DNA of 64,000 nt from Waterburya sp. Lineage in GTDB: Bacteria; Cyanobacteriota; Cyanobacteriia; Cyanobacteriales; Xenococcaceae. The stretch's first letter is position 1, and each line of letters opens with the position of its first letter. Below, piece after piece: positions 62,951 through 64,000 of the stretch. A model generated the notes under the pieces. That model worked only from the letters and a program-made list of their open reading frames with translations. It did no database searches and was not told the DNA's origin. A program made the translations under genes and the position numbers. Location of the stretch: assembly GCA_965217895.1 (NCBI GenBank), contig CBDCJV010000002.1:2784001-2848000 (forward strand), written 5' to 3'.

Positions 62951-64000
62951 ATGGCAATCAAAAGATCTTCTGACTCATCTAACTCAACCCCAAAACAGCC
63001 ATTTTCGACCCGCCAACGCCAATCTGAACCAGACTTGATGTTGGCACAGGCAAATCAGGAAGAAAGGGAAAATACTGAAGATAAAATTCGTCCTCAGCGA
63101 TTATCAGACTATATCGGACAAAAGGATCTTAAGGGAATTCTTAATATTGCGATCGCAGCAGCCAAAGGTAGACAAGACTCTTTAGATCATCTGCTGCTGT
63201 ATGGTCCTCCTGGGTTAGGTAAAACCACCATGTCTTTGATCTTAGCCACAGAAATGGGAGTCAACTGCAAAATAACCTCCGCACCAGCCTTAGAACGTCC
63301 CAGAGATATCACAGGACTACTGGTAAATCTTCAGCCAGGAGATATTTTGTTTATCGATGAAATTCATCGCCTAAATCGAATGACGGAGGAATTACTTTAT
63401 CCTGCTATGGAAGATTTTCGTCTTGACGTTACTATTGGTAAGGGACAGACCGCCAAAACCCGCAGTATTCCTTTATCTCCCTTTACTCTTGTGGGTGCAA
63501 CCACTAAAGCTGGTTCTCTTTCTTCGCCATTGCGCGATCGCTTCGGTATTATTCAAAGACTCCGCTTTTATGAGCTTGATGAACTAACTTTAATTGTTAA
63601 ACGCACTGCAGAAATTATTAGTACAACGATAACAGAATCAGGGGCGATCGAAATTGCTCGTCGTTCTCGCGGCACACCCCGTATTGCCAATCGCCTGTTA
63701 AGAAGGGTTAGAGACTATGTAGAGGTGCAAAAAGCCGAAATCATTACCGCAGAATTGGCAGCCACGGCAATGGATCTGTTTGATGTGGATCGAGAAGGTT
63801 TAGATTGGACAGATCGCTTGGTATTAAACACTATTATCAAACAGTTTAATGGTGGACCTGTTGGCTTAGAAGCGATCGCTGCTGCTACAGGAGAAGATCG
63901 CAAAACTATCGAAGAGGTTTATGAACCATATCTGTTGCAAAACGGTTATCTGAGTCGCACCCACCGAGGCAGAATGGTTACTGCTAAAGCCTACGAACAT
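62951..64000 (+). CDS. ruvB: Holliday junction branch migration helicase RuvB (runs off the window)
   Basis: Not in the ORF track; ATG 62951, [48 protein letters not shown]. Confidence 0.95.
   Translation, partial: MAIKRSSDSSNSTPKQPFSTRQRQSEPDLMLAQANQEERENTEDKIRPQRLSDYIGQKDLKGILNIAIAAAKGRQDSLDHLLLYGPPGLGKTTMSLILATEMGVNCKITSAPALERPRDITGLLVNLQPGDILFIDEIHRLNRMTEELLYPAMEDFRLDVTIGKGQTAKTRSIPLSPFTLVGATTKAGSLSSPLRDRFGIIQRLRFYELDELTLIVKRTAEIISTTITESGAIEIARRSRGTPRIANRLLRRVRDYVEVQKAEIITAELAATAMDLFDVDREGLDWTDRLVLNTIIKQFNGGPVGLEAIAAATGEDRKTIEEVYEPYLLQNGYLSRTHRGRMVTAKAYEH

Overview
Cyanobacterial chromosomal segment: AT-rich, dense in the HIP1 octamer GCGATCGC, and with heptamer STRR-type repeats. It is mostly housekeeping and accessory genes (Mrp, Cry-DASH, a divergent PII, dipeptide epimerase/DUF1611, LarE-like, avtA, rimM, cydA, mltG, EcfT, PabB/TrpE-like, GT2s, ruvB) plus tRNA-fMet and tRNA-Asn. 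There is an ars operon with visible ArsR boxes. An asf/apr-like cluster (flavoprotein, ferredoxin, HEAT, Mrp, ABC transporter) appears to have lost the 5' ends of its flavoprotein and divergent LysR-SBP regulator in one deletion, and its ABC transporter has a consensus NtcA promoter. The right end holds adjacent IS701 and IS630 elements and a divergent IS110-family recombinase. The IS110 upstream non-coding region has three repeated loop-like units, one carrying a 10-nt copy of the element's apparent right end (candidate bridge RNA). Several MITEs, a 51-bp mini-element inserted in-frame in a transposase, REP-like palindromes and gene remnants are also visible. All calls come from reading the sequence and recalling family motifs; no searches were run.
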